Origin: Gemmatimonadales bacterium | GTDB lineage: Bacteria > Gemmatimonadota > Gemmatimonadetes > Gemmatimonadales > GWC2-71-9 | Assembly: GCA_041577295.1 (NCBI GenBank) | Contig: JBFGJG010000001.1 | Location: 242,260 to 306,259 of the forward strand | DNA length: 64,000 bases | Direction of reading: 5' to 3' | In this document: piece by piece, positions 40,927-50,734 of the stretch | Numbering within the stretch: the first letter of the stretch is position 1 | Layout of the letters: each line of letters begins with the position of its first letter | The notes under the pieces: model-generated | The model's database searches: none | The model's input: the letters and a program-made list of their open reading frames with translations, nothing else | Told to the model about the DNA's origin: nothing | Translations under genes and position numbers: made by a program

Positions 40927-41424
40927 ATGCTCCGGCCCGCTGCTTCGCCCCTGTTGTGTCTCGCGCTCCTCGGTATGCCAACGAGCGTTCTCTCTGGGCC
41001 CGAGATCTACCGCTTTGACCTCGTCCCTACGGCTCGTGCGCCGGGTGCCTCTGGAACCGGACAGCTCGCGCTCGCGTGGTCGCCGTTTGGTGTGGCGGTG
41101 AGCGAGGACGGCTTTCTCGTGTACGACCTCACGCTGAGCGTCGAGGGCCTGCTTAACCCGTCCACGCTGGGCCCGTACAGTCACTATGTCGCGTGGATTG
41201 CCTCCCCCAATCTCGAGCGCGTCGCGCGTATCGGGGTGTTGGGCAGTTCCGGGACGGTGGAGACGCGAATCGAGTCGTGGAACAAGTTCTTGATCTTGGT
41301 GACGCCGGAGTCCCGTGCAGATCCCCCCCGGCGATCGGGCCCAATCGTGCTTCAGGGTCGTTCTCCCAGCGGGTTCATCGCGTCATTTCAGAGTCACGAG
41401 CTCTTCAACTTGATTCCGCATTGA
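40927..41424 (+). CDS. Secreted hypothetical protein upstream of the multicopper oxidase
   Basis: Signal peptide MLRPAASPLLCLALLG; beta-rich body; 23 nt from the oxidase start. Confidence 0.65.
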   Translation: MLRPAASPLLCLALLGMPTSVLSGPEIYRFDLVPTARAPGASGTGQLALAWSPFGVAVSEDGFLVYDLTLSVEGLLNPSTLGPYSHYVAWIASPNLERVARIGVLGSSGTVETRIESWNKFLILVTPESRADPPRRSGPIVLQGRSPSGFIASFQSHELFNLIPH

Positions 41425-41447
41425 CCCAGCCATCCGCACCACGCCTC

Positions 41448-43148
41448 ATGTTGCCCCGATGCCCGAAGACGCTGGCGGGGCTCTTCGCGCTTGCGATGGT
41501 GTGCGCCGTACCCCTCTGCGCGCAGGACTCATTGCGCGCCGGCCATGAGGGTCACGGTCACGGCAGCGTCGAATGGCGCATGCCGATGATGCCGGGGATG
41601 AACCTGATGATGCTTCCCGGCATGGCAGAGTACCGTCCACCCCTCACACCGTTCTTGCCGGGCCGCGGAATCGATCCAACGACGCTGCCGGCGGCTCGCC
41701 CTCGCGAGCTCGTTGCCCTGCAGGAGGGAGACACGCTGGTGCTCGAGAGTGCGCTGGTGCGTCGCGAGATCAACGGCAAGTCGTTCACGATGTACGGCTT
41801 CAACGGTCAGTACCCCGGCCCGCTCATACGCGTTGCCCAGAACACGACTATCGACGTCGACTTCCGAAACGGCATTGAGCTTCCGTCCACCATTCACTGG
41901 CACGGTGTTCGTCTGGACAATCGGTTTGACGGTGTTCCGGACGTGACCCAAGCGAGCGTACCACCAGGGGGGCGTTTCATGTACCAGGTGCATTTCCCCG
42001 ACGCCGGGATCTACTGGTACCATCCGCACCACCGAGAAGACATTCAGCAGGAACTGGGGCTGTATGGCAACATGCTCGTCGATCCGGCCTCCACGGATTA
42101 CTACAGTCCAGTCCACCGTGAAGAGATTGTCATGCTCGATGATCTTCTGCTGCAGGAGGGAGAGATCGCCCCGTTTGGACTCGAGGCATCGAATCACACG
42201 CTGATGGGCCGTTTTGGAAACGTCTACCTACTCAACGGCGAGCCCACGTATCGGCTCACGGCGGCAACTGGCGAGATCGTTCGGTTTTTTCTCACCAACG
42301 TCTCGAACACGCGTGTTTTCAATCTCCACGTGGGCGGCGCTGCTCTCAAAGCCGTGGGCGGGGACATCGGAAAGTTCGAGCACGAAGTCTGGGTGCCGAG
42401 TGTCGTCATCGCGCCGGCCGAACGGTACGTGGTCGAAGCGCGCTTCGACCGGGCGGGAACATTTGCGCTCACCAACCGCGTCCAGGCGCTGAATCACTTT
42501 TTGGGAGAGTTTTACAGCGAGGTCGATACCCTAGGCGTGATCGAGGTTACGTCAACCACGGCGACACCGGACTATCGGGACGCCTTTGAGCAGTTACGCG
42601 CCAACCCCGAGGTGGTGGCCGATATCGACCGCTACCGTCCGCACTTTGGCCGGGCACCGGACTTCGAGCTCGACCTGACGATTCGTGTGGGGGATCTGCC
42701 GTCCGGGATGATTCAGTTCATGAGCATCGACACGACGTACTTTCCGCCGGTCGAATGGAACGACGCCATGCCGATGATGAATTGGGTCACCAACAGCACC
42801 AACACCCATTGGATTCTCCGCGACGCGGCAACCGGCGCGGAAAATCTGGACATCGACTGGCGCCTCCCAGTGGGCGAGGTCACCAAGATTCGCCTGCAAA
42901 ACGACCCCGAGGCGTTCCATCCCATGAGTCATCCCATCCACCTCCATGGTCAGCGGTTCCTCGTGGTGGAGCGAGATGGCAGACCCAACCCCCACCTGGT
43001 ATGGAAGGAAACCGTGCTCGTCCCCGTGGGGTCGACGGTCGACCTGCTCGTCGATATGTCGAACCCCGGCAAGTGGATGCTCCACTGTCACATCGCGGAG
43101 CACCTCGAAGCAGGAATGAAAATGGTGTTGTCCGTTGAGGCGCCGTAG
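41448..43148 (+). CDS. Multicopper oxidase (CueO/laccase-like)
   Basis: HWHG, WYHPH, HPIHLHG and HCHIAEHLEAGM; His/Met-rich N-terminus. Confidence 0.95.
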   Translation: MLPRCPKTLAGLFALAMVCAVPLCAQDSLRAGHEGHGHGSVEWRMPMMPGMNLMMLPGMAEYRPPLTPFLPGRGIDPTTLPAARPRELVALQEGDTLVLESALVRREINGKSFTMYGFNGQYPGPLIRVAQNTTIDVDFRNGIELPSTIHWHGVRLDNRFDGVPDVTQASVPPGGRFMYQVHFPDAGIYWYHPHHREDIQQELGLYGNMLVDPASTDYYSPVHREEIVMLDDLLLQEGEIAPFGLEASNHTLMGRFGNVYLLNGEPTYRLTAATGEIVRFFLTNVSNTRVFNLHVGGAALKAVGGDIGKFEHEVWVPSVVIAPAERYVVEARFDRAGTFALTNRVQALNHFLGEFYSEVDTLGVIEVTSTTATPDYRDAFEQLRANPEVVADIDRYRPHFGRAPDFELDLTIRVGDLPSGMIQFMSIDTTYFPPVEWNDAMPMMNWVTNSTNTHWILRDAATGAENLDIDWRLPVGEVTKIRLQNDPEAFHPMSHPIHLHGQRFLVVERDGRPNPHLVWKETVLVPVGSTVDLLVDMSNPGKWMLHCHIAEHLEAGMKMVLSVEAP

Positions 43149-43193
43149 CCTCGTCGGCGCCCCAGAAAACCGGCTCGCCCCAAGGAGGTTCTC

Positions 43194-44582
43194 ATGACGT
43201 TTGCTGGTTGCACCGCTCCACTCGTGGCCGCCCTTCTCCTGCTACAACCCGTCGCGGTCCTTGCGCAAGACGACATGCGCGAGCGTCCTCATGCCAGCGC
43301 TCGACCTGGTTTAAAGGTCGGAGGGAGCGAGAACGTCGACCTGTTATCGCACCTCCCGCTCGGCGGGTTCTTCCGGGTCACCGATATCGAGATGGAGCAG
43401 GACGAGGACCGACCGTTCGTGTATGTATCGCAGGCCAGAGAGCGCGCCGGCTTCTCGGTCATCGATATTTCAGAACCCGATAAGGCGCACGTGATTCATC
43501 GCTGGACCATCGAGGACGTCGACCTTCATCAAGGGCTCGGTGGAATGGATGGCAAGTACTTCAAGACGAAGAACCGGTACTACTACGTCCAGTCCATGCA
43601 GTTCGCACAGGGCGGCCCCGACGCGGACCTCGGCGCCGTGGTCTTTGAAGTCACCGGCCTTCCTGACGTGTCCAAGGTGCGGGAGGTGGGCCGAATCCGT
43701 GCGCCAGACACCCCGGGGGGATTCCACAACATCTTTGCGTATAAGCACTCTTCCGGTCGCGCGCTGCTCGTGACCACCGTGCGAGGACCTTGGGCCAACG
43801 TGTATGATCTCGACCGATTCCTCACGGATGCACCGGACTACGGCCTCATTGCCCGTATCCCGGCTCCCGAGGGACCGTTTGGTCCCGGCGGCTACCACGA
43901 CTTCTACATCGGCTACGATCCGGCAACGGGACAGGACAAGTTCTACGGCGCCGGTAGAGGGGGATACTACGTCTTTGACATTACCACGCCGGAAAACCCT
44001 CAACTGCTCTTTTCGATTACCGGCACCCCAGGGGTTACCGGTGGGCACACCTTCACACCAACCCCGGACGGCAAGTACGCCGTCACCGAAGCCGAGTACC
44101 AGTACGCACCGCTCAGGCTCTTCGACTTACAGCCAGGGCAGCGGGGCGAACGCCGTAATATCTCCCGGCCAATAAGCGCTTGGACCGCCGACTGGCGCGC
44201 ACTGGCTCACAACCACGAAATTCGTTGGCCGTATGTGTTCGTCTCCGCATACGAGGACGGCCTCCAGATCTTCAACATGATGGATCCTGAAAACCCCATC
44301 ACCGTTGGCTGGTATTACACGTATGATGGACCTCACATGCGCGGGTTCGGAGGCTCCCAGGTACCCGACATGCAGGGTACGAGCGTGATGAACGGTGCCT
44401 TTGGTGTCGACGTGCGCAATCGTGATGGGCTCATCGTGATCAGCGATTCGGCCACGGGGTTCTGGCTCTTTCGGCTCGAGGGCTTTCAGGGGTGGCGCGG
44501 GGAGGACTGGGGCATGCCCAACATTTCGAGCGTGCAAGACTGGGACGCGGGCCCCGTTCCACGGACCCCGGTGCTGCCGTGA
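43194..44582 (+). CDS. Secreted LVIVD-repeat-like beta-propeller protein
   Basis: AGGAGG RBS; signal peptide; repeated FSVIDIS/YYVFDIT/LQIFNMMDPENP blades, each with a His. Confidence 0.65.
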   Translation: MTFAGCTAPLVAALLLLQPVAVLAQDDMRERPHASARPGLKVGGSENVDLLSHLPLGGFFRVTDIEMEQDEDRPFVYVSQARERAGFSVIDISEPDKAHVIHRWTIEDVDLHQGLGGMDGKYFKTKNRYYYVQSMQFAQGGPDADLGAVVFEVTGLPDVSKVREVGRIRAPDTPGGFHNIFAYKHSSGRALLVTTVRGPWANVYDLDRFLTDAPDYGLIARIPAPEGPFGPGGYHDFYIGYDPATGQDKFYGAGRGGYYVFDITTPENPQLLFSITGTPGVTGGHTFTPTPDGKYAVTEAEYQYAPLRLFDLQPGQRGERRNISRPISAWTADWRALAHNHEIRWPYVFVSAYEDGLQIFNMMDPENPITVGWYYTYDGPHMRGFGGSQVPDMQGTSVMNGAFGVDVRNRDGLIVISDSATGFWLFRLEGFQGWRGEDWGMPNISSVQDWDAGPVPRTPVLP

Positions 44583-44641
44583 ATTGCAGGGAGGAGTAAG
44601 AGAGGGAGGAGGATGGCCCCACCCCTCCCTCTCACTTCAGT

Positions 44642-45265
44642 TCACCGAGATACCTTCAGGTCGCTGACGTGGAGGTTCAGGCTGTGGTTCACGCGTAGCC
44701 CAACCACCCCGTCCACCTGAAGCTCGCTCCTCGGCACGCTGGTCAGCTTCTCACCGTTGACGTAGAAGCTCACCGCATCTGCCATCACTTCCACCGCAAG
44801 AACGTTTTTCGCGTTCTCTGAGCCACCGGGGTGCTTCATGATGGCGCCGCTCGGAGACCAGTCACGGACCGTCTTGGTCGAGGCCCCCTCACGTTTCTTG
44901 ATGAGGTAATCACCGGTGTCCCGAATCAGGAAGTACGAGTACGACTGATCCGCACCATCCAGATCCTGCCCACCAAAGATGATCCCGTAGGCTTCACGAT
45001 GGCGTCGCCCGGGATCGAACAGAAAAATCGTCGACTCGATCTTGAATTGGCCGGTCGCGGTGGTGGCGGGATTGTAGAGAATGCCGGCGGGCCCCGTGGT
45101 GATGTGCCAGCCCGGTGGCATGCTCACGAAATAGACCGCGGTGTCCGGTGCACCTGCCCGGTCGAATCGGACCTTCCAGTCCGCTGGTCGCTTGAGCTCA
45201 GCGTCCTGCGCGCCCAGCGGAGCGGCCAGCACGACCGCGAGTATCGGAACCAACAAGGATCGCAT
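44642..45265 (-). CDS. Secreted beta-sandwich (ConA-like) hypothetical protein
   Basis: Signal peptide; YGIIFGG, SFYVNG and GVVGLRV. Confidence 0.7.
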   Translation of the reverse strand: MRSLLVPILAVVLAAPLGAQDAELKRPADWKVRFDRAGAPDTAVYFVSMPPGWHITTGPAGILYNPATTATGQFKIESTIFLFDPGRRHREAYGIIFGGQDLDGADQSYSYFLIRDTGDYLIKKREGASTKTVRDWSPSGAIMKHPGGSENAKNVLAVEVMADAVSFYVNGEKLTSVPRSELQVDGVVGLRVNHSLNLHVSDLKVSR

Positions 45266-45323
45266 GATCCGCCTCTCGAGTGGGAACCCCCGCAAGATCG
45301 CAGGACGCGGGCAGCACTTCAAC

Positions 45324-45434
45324 TCACCCCTCGCCCTTCACCAGCAGCTGATAGCCCACCACGAAATTCAAAGTCATCCAGCCAACCACACCTGCAACGG
45401 TGACCACCTTGAGTATGACCGCTATGGCATCCAT
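45324..45434 (-). CDS. 36-aa single-TM small protein (below the ORF-track cutoff)
   Basis: GGAGG 6 nt before the ATG; MDAIAVILKVVTVAGVVGWMTLNFVVGYQLLVKGEG. Confidence 0.6.
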   Translation of the reverse strand: MDAIAVILKVVTVAGVVGWMTLNFVVGYQLLVKGEG

Positions 45435-45952
45435 GATGTCCTCCGGGCTCAGGCAATGATGTCTCGTGTTTGCTGGCATCCAAGGTAGGCCCCACCACCC
45501 AAGCCGAGCCCAAGTACCGAAGCGTGCTACTCAATTCTCGGGGTGAGTGGCATCACACATTTGATGCCTTAGTGATGAGGATCACCGCTCCGGCAAGCGA
45601 CGGAGCACGTTTCCCACTGAACGATGGGTCAGTTGTTGACCCGCCGTCCAGGGTTGCGTGCAGACCATGGCAATGCGTAGGGGTGGGGGTCGCCAAGGCG
45701 TTGCCACGTCTACGCTTTTGATTTCGACAGGCTCAGCCCGCAGTAGGCGCCCCGATCAACGCCAACCATCGCAACGGGTCCCGGATCCAATCGATGCAAT
45801 GGGCGGGCGTAGTAGAAACCCCGGAGATATACAAATCGACCAGCAGAAATGCGCGCGAACATGGTATCTCGCTCGTGTCCTGACAACGAGAAAGGCGCGG
45901 CTGGTGCCTCGAATGGCTCATTTCCGGGGAGACCGATATCCTCCTCGCTTTT

Positions 45953-46196
45953 AAGCTTCGATCGACGATTTCGAAGCTTCGATTGACCATTGACCTGTTG
46001 AAAGCTTTGAACGGGGCTCACGAAGCTTTGGGTGACCGTGCGAAAGCTTGCGGTCCACGGAGCCAAGCTTCCATCCGCGCGCCCAAAGCTTCCGAGCGCC
46101 TGACCCAAGCTTGCAGGAGCTGACCCAAAGCTTGGAAACGGTGACGCGAAGCTTTGACACGACCGTTCCAAGCTTTGAGGGGGCCAGGCACAGCTT
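45953..46196. repeat. Array of 12 AAGCTT-core units at 21-bp periodicity with variable spacers
   Basis: AAGCTT at 45953, 45974, 46002, 46023, 46044, 46065, 46086, 46107, 46128, 46149 and 46170, plus CAGCTT at 46191. Confidence 0.95.
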
Positions 46197-46363
46197 CGAC
46201 AGGACCATTTCAAATGGACCGCGTTGCGAGCATAATTGCCGGATATGCGGGCAGTTACGAACGGGGAGTTCAGGTGACTTGTGCTCACGGGATCGCCCCC
46301 CGACCACTTGGCCGACGCCCGCGGCACCGAGCAGCCCGACCCGGTTGCGGTTAAGCTAGGGTC

Positions 46364-47722
46364 GTGCGACGCGCTCGCTTCTTGTTGCTCTTCGCTGTCT
46401 TGCCACTCTGTGTGGCGATCTCCCCGGTGCGTAGCACCGCCGCGAAGCCTCAGGCTGACACTGCCGTCGCGGCCCAAACCGATTCAACCCTCACCGCACG
46501 AGTCCCCGTTCCCGAGCCCACTGCCCGTGCGCTCCGCTATTACCGCGGCGGGATGGTGCTGTGGGTGCTCGGCGTGCTCCTCGGGCTCGCGGTACCCGTC
46601 GTCGTGCTGTTCACAGGCTTGTCCGCCAAGCTCGCTGGCTGGGCCCATCACCTCTTAGGCGGCATCTCCCTCGGCACGAAAAATCAGCGGCAGCGAGGAG
46701 CAACCGTCGAGCTGGCCGCAGCGGTCTTCGTGGCAGCGTATTTCTCGCTCGAGTATCTCGTTGAATTCCCTCTCCGTCTGTACGCAGGGTACCTGCGACA
46801 ACACGCCTACGAGCTTTCCAACCAAGCCTTTGTGCAGTGGCTGCGGGAATCCCTCACCGCCTTCGGGCTCGAGGCCCTGCTCTTCATGTCGGTGATTCCC
46901 GTTGGGTACTTCTTGCTCAAGTTGATGCCACGGCGTTGGTGGGTTGCCGCCTCGGCGGGCGCGGTGATCACCGTCGTCGCCATTCAAGTCCTGTATCCGG
47001 TCTGGGTTGCTCCGCTGTTCGATGAATACCGCACGATGCAGGATGAGGCGCTCGAAACCGAGATTCTCGAGCTCGCGCAGCAAGCGGGCATCGAAGGCTC
47101 GCGCGTCTTCGAGGTAGTCAAGAGCGCGGACACCAAGCGGGTCAATGCGTCGGTGACCGGCTTTCTCGGGACCAAGCGGATCGTGCTATGGGATACAATC
47201 GTGGAGAGACTCAAAGGCGACCAGCTCTTGTTCGTCATGGGACACGAGATGGGTCACTACGTCTTGGGCCATCGCTGGAAGGGGCTGGTGCTTTCTTCCC
47301 TGGGCTTGGTGGCGACGTTTTACCTCGCAGCGCTCGCGCTCCCCCGAATCATCACGGGGTTGCGCCATCGACTGGGGTTTGAAAATCTGGGCACGGTTGC
47401 ATCGCTGCCGCTGTTCATCTTGACCTTCAACATACTTGCACTGATCGGCCAGCCGATTGGTAACGTGGTTAGCCGCCACTGGGAACACGAAGCCGACCGC
47501 TTTGGGTTGGAGATCACGCAGGACAACCGCGCAGCCGCCTTGGCCTTTGTTGCGCTCCAACAGACCAATCTCAGCAATCCCCGGCCGGGGATCGTGTACA
47601 AGCTGTGGCTCGCGTCGCACCCGGCCCTCGCCGAGCGGGTGGAATTCGCCAATGCGTACCGGCCGTGGGAGCGCGGCGCGGAACTGCGGTATCGGGATCG
47701 ATTCAGCCATCCACACCCGTGA
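46364..47722 (+). CDS. M48 (Ste24/HtpX-like) membrane zinc metalloprotease
   Basis: Multiple TM segments; VNASVTG, HEMGH, EHEAD and SHP. Confidence 0.9.
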   Translation: MRRARFLLLFAVLPLCVAISPVRSTAAKPQADTAVAAQTDSTLTARVPVPEPTARALRYYRGGMVLWVLGVLLGLAVPVVVLFTGLSAKLAGWAHHLLGGISLGTKNQRQRGATVELAAAVFVAAYFSLEYLVEFPLRLYAGYLRQHAYELSNQAFVQWLRESLTAFGLEALLFMSVIPVGYFLLKLMPRRWWVAASAGAVITVVAIQVLYPVWVAPLFDEYRTMQDEALETEILELAQQAGIEGSRVFEVVKSADTKRVNASVTGFLGTKRIVLWDTIVERLKGDQLLFVMGHEMGHYVLGHRWKGLVLSSLGLVATFYLAALALPRIITGLRHRLGFENLGTVASLPLFILTFNILALIGQPIGNVVSRHWEHEADRFGLEITQDNRAAALAFVALQQTNLSNPRPGIVYKLWLASHPALAERVEFANAYRPWERGAELRYRDRFSHPHP

Positions 47723-48067
47723 CGGATCCGGAGCCTCGGCGTTTTTACCTGGCGCCACCTCTGGTCACTGAAAACCAGGTCAGGTTCGCCGTGACCCCAA
47801 AGAAGTCCCGTCACGCTGAAATCTTGACGTTCTCGATCGAGGAAATACGACCTACCTCGACCACAGTTAGCGTGGCACACGCGAGCCGTCACGTTCGATA
47901 TCGCGGTGGAGCCGTCCCGGCCTGTCACCGTCGCCGCTGACGTCGCCGCCCGCTATGTGGGTTCGTACAGGATGCACCTTCGTACGCCACTGGGCGATAG
48001 CGTCGTGGCGTTCGAGGTTGCGACCCTCCGACACCAATCCGCATCTCCCTCCGTAGATACGCTATGA
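47719..48067 (+). pseudogene. Truncated, frameshifted gene remnant (DUF2911-like C-terminal part)
   Basis: DPEPRRFYLAPP...VRFAVTP...EILTFSIEEIRP continues in another frame as LAWHTRAVTFDIAVEPS...ARYVGSY. No N-terminus. Family assigned from recall only. Confidence 0.4.
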
Positions 48068-48106
48068 CCCGTTAGTCCAGGACCCGCCACCAAGGACCAC
48101 ATTCAC

Positions 48107-50605
48107 ATGGCTTCCCTGAAACTCGCCATTCGCATGCTGGCCAAAACCCCGATCGTCACGGCGGTTGCGGTCCTCTCGCTCGCTCTGGGAATCGGCGCCA
48201 ACTCCGCCATCTTCTCCTTGTTTGAGCAGATGCTCCTACGTGCCCTTCCCGTGCAGGAGCCCACCCAGCTGGCCAACCTCGCCAATCCGGGGCCGAAACC
48301 CGGGTCGCAGTCCTGCAATCAGGCGGGCGACTGCGACGAAGTGTTCAGCTATCCCATGTTCCGCGACCTGCAGGAAGAGGCACGGACCGGATTCGAGGGC
48401 ATCGCGGCTCACCGGCTTTTCTCGGCGAACCTGGCGTACTCGAATCAGACAGTCTTCGGTGAAGGGGTGCTCGTGTCGGGCTCCTACTTCCCGTTGCTCG
48501 GGGTGCGACCAGCTCTTGGGCGGCTGTTGGGGCCGGAGGACGACCAAACTATCGACGGACATTTCGTCGCGGTACTCAGTTACCGCTACTGGCAGAATCG
48601 ACTGGGCGGCGATCGCGATGTCCTGAACAAGTCGCTGGTCATTAACGGCCACCCTATGACTGTTGTGGGAGTTGCTGCGCGGGGGTTCGAAGGAACTACG
48701 CTTGGGTCCCGCCCAGATGTGTTCGTGCCGATTACCATGCGCGGGCAGATGAGCCAGGGCTTCGATGGGTTCGACAACCGGCGGAGCTATTGGGCGTATC
48801 TCTTTGCACGCCTGAAGCCCGGGGTATCCATCGAGCAGGCTTCGGCCGAGATCAACACTATCTATTCCGCGATCGTCAACGAGGTCGAGGCGCCGCTGCA
48901 AGAGGGGATGAGCGACCAAACCATGGCCCGCTTCCGCGAGAAGGAGATCACGCTCGTCGAAGGGCGGCGCGGACAGAGCTCGCTCCATGCAGAGGTGGCA
49001 ACCCCGATGGTTTTGCTCTTCGCCATTACCGGCGTCGTCCTGCTCATTGCGTGCGCCAACATTGCCAACTTGCTGCTGGCACGTGGCGCCAACCGCGCAC
49101 AGGAAATGGCGGTCCGCGGGTCGCTGGGAGCAAGCCGGTCACGTCTCGTCGGCCAACTCTTGCTCGAGTCGTGTCTCCTCGCTGTCCTTGGTGGAATTGT
49201 GGGAGTGGCCGTGGCGCGCGCGACGCTCGGACTCATCATTTCGATCTTACCCCCGGACGCGGCGGACGCCCTGGTGCTCACGCTCCAGCCCACCGCTGTT
49301 GCCTTCGCCGGAATCTTGGCAATCGGGACTGGCTTTCTCTTCGGGTTTTACCCGGCGTTGCACAGCACCAGACCGGATCTCATGACCGTGCTCAAGGGAA
49401 GCTCGGGACAGCCCGCGGGCGCCCGCGCGGCGGCGCGGTTCCGCAACGGGCTCGTCACCGCCCAGATCGCGTTGTCGATGGCGCTGCTCGTCGCGGCCGG
49501 GATGTTCATCAAGAGCCTCGTGAACGTCAGCCGAGTCGATCTCGGTCTGAATACCGAGAACGTGGTCACATTTGGTCTCTCCCCGGTATTGAACGGCTAC
49601 GAACCAGAGGCGAGTCGGGGATTGTTTGAGCGCATAGAAAACGAGCTTGCCGCCGTTCCCGGCGTGACGGCGGTCACCGCTGGTCTCGTTCCCCTGTTGA
49701 CCGGGAGCAACTGGGGAACTGACGTTGACGTGCAGGGCTTCGAGGAAGACGCAGATACCGACGACAACTCACGCTTCAACCGTGTGGGTCCCGGCTACTT
49801 CAGCGCACTGGGAATCCCGTTGATTGCTGGGCGCGAATTCACACTGGCTGACGGTGCGGGCGCACCGGGCGTTGCGGTCGTCAACCAGGCGTTCGCGCGG
49901 AAGTTTGGTCTGGACGGGCCAAGCGCGGTGGGCGCATTCATGAGTACCGGCGGTGAAGAACTGGACCTCGAGATCGTGGGGCTCGTGCGAGATGCCAAGT
50001 ACAGCGAGGTCAAGCAAGAAGTACCTCCATTGTTCTTTACACCGTATAAGCAGGACGAGCGGATCGGATCCATCACGTTCTACGTCCGCACCGCCGCCGA
50101 CCCGCGTCAACTGCTGCGCGCGGTGCCCGCTGTAATCCAACGACTCGACCCGAATCTGCCCGTGGAGGACCTCAAAACGCTCGAGCAGCAAGTGCGTGAT
50201 AACATCGTCTTGGACCGCGTCATTGGGATCCTCTCGGCGGCGTTCGCGATTCTGGCAACCTTGTTGGCGGGTGTCGGACTCTACGGGGTGCTGGCATACA
50301 CCGTCTCGCAACGCACACGGGAGATCGGCCTGCGCATGGCGCTTGGGGCAGATAGCGGGCGGGTGCGCGCGATGGTTCTGTGGCAGGTGGGCCGCATGAC
50401 CATCATCGGCGGGGTGGTGGGCATTCTCGCCGCGCTCGGTATTGGCCGAGTAGCCGCGTCGCTGCTCTTTGAGATGCAGGGACACGATCCACTGGTTGTC
50501 ACCCTTATGATCCTGCTCATCGCGGCCGTCGCGATCGGCGCTGGCTACGTTCCTGCGCACCGGGCGTCGCGCGTCGAGCCCATGCGAGCACTCCGGTACG
50601 AATAG
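48107..50605 (+). CDS. ADOP-family duplicated ABC permease (MacB/FtsX-like)
   Basis: LALGIGANSAIFS, LLIACANIANLLLAR, QIALSMALL and QRTREIGLRMALGA. No ATPase domain. Confidence 0.92.
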   Translation: MASLKLAIRMLAKTPIVTAVAVLSLALGIGANSAIFSLFEQMLLRALPVQEPTQLANLANPGPKPGSQSCNQAGDCDEVFSYPMFRDLQEEARTGFEGIAAHRLFSANLAYSNQTVFGEGVLVSGSYFPLLGVRPALGRLLGPEDDQTIDGHFVAVLSYRYWQNRLGGDRDVLNKSLVINGHPMTVVGVAARGFEGTTLGSRPDVFVPITMRGQMSQGFDGFDNRRSYWAYLFARLKPGVSIEQASAEINTIYSAIVNEVEAPLQEGMSDQTMARFREKEITLVEGRRGQSSLHAEVATPMVLLFAITGVVLLIACANIANLLLARGANRAQEMAVRGSLGASRSRLVGQLLLESCLLAVLGGIVGVAVARATLGLIISILPPDAADALVLTLQPTAVAFAGILAIGTGFLFGFYPALHSTRPDLMTVLKGSSGQPAGARAAARFRNGLVTAQIALSMALLVAAGMFIKSLVNVSRVDLGLNTENVVTFGLSPVLNGYEPEASRGLFERIENELAAVPGVTAVTAGLVPLLTGSNWGTDVDVQGFEEDADTDDNSRFNRVGPGYFSALGIPLIAGREFTLADGAGAPGVAVVNQAFARKFGLDGPSAVGAFMSTGGEELDLEIVGLVRDAKYSEVKQEVPPLFFTPYKQDERIGSITFYVRTAADPRQLLRAVPAVIQRLDPNLPVEDLKTLEQQVRDNIVLDRVIGILSAAFAILATLLAGVGLYGVLAYTVSQRTREIGLRMALGADSGRVRAMVLWQVGRMTIIGGVVGILAALGIGRVAASLLFEMQGHDPLVVTLMILLIAAVAIGAGYVPAHRASRVEPMRALRYE

Positions 50606-50734
50606 GAGGGAAGGATGAAGGACTGGAACGAGGTCAACGGCTACCGCGAATTCCAGGGTATGCGTGCCCTTAGTGGGAAGTGTGGTGCGTCTCACCCTCC
50701 CCGGGCGGGATGGGTGACTCACTGGGCATGCTGC

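Noticed and set aside
45953..46196. The periodic array as a CRISPR array
   Set aside because: The conserved part is only 6-10 bp and the spacers about 15 bp, far shorter than CRISPR units, and there are no cas genes in the window.
50698..50711. CCCGGGCGGGAT as an att duplicate of the tRNA-Leu 3' end
   Set aside because: Short, gapped, GC-rich match expected by chance, and no integrase is present.
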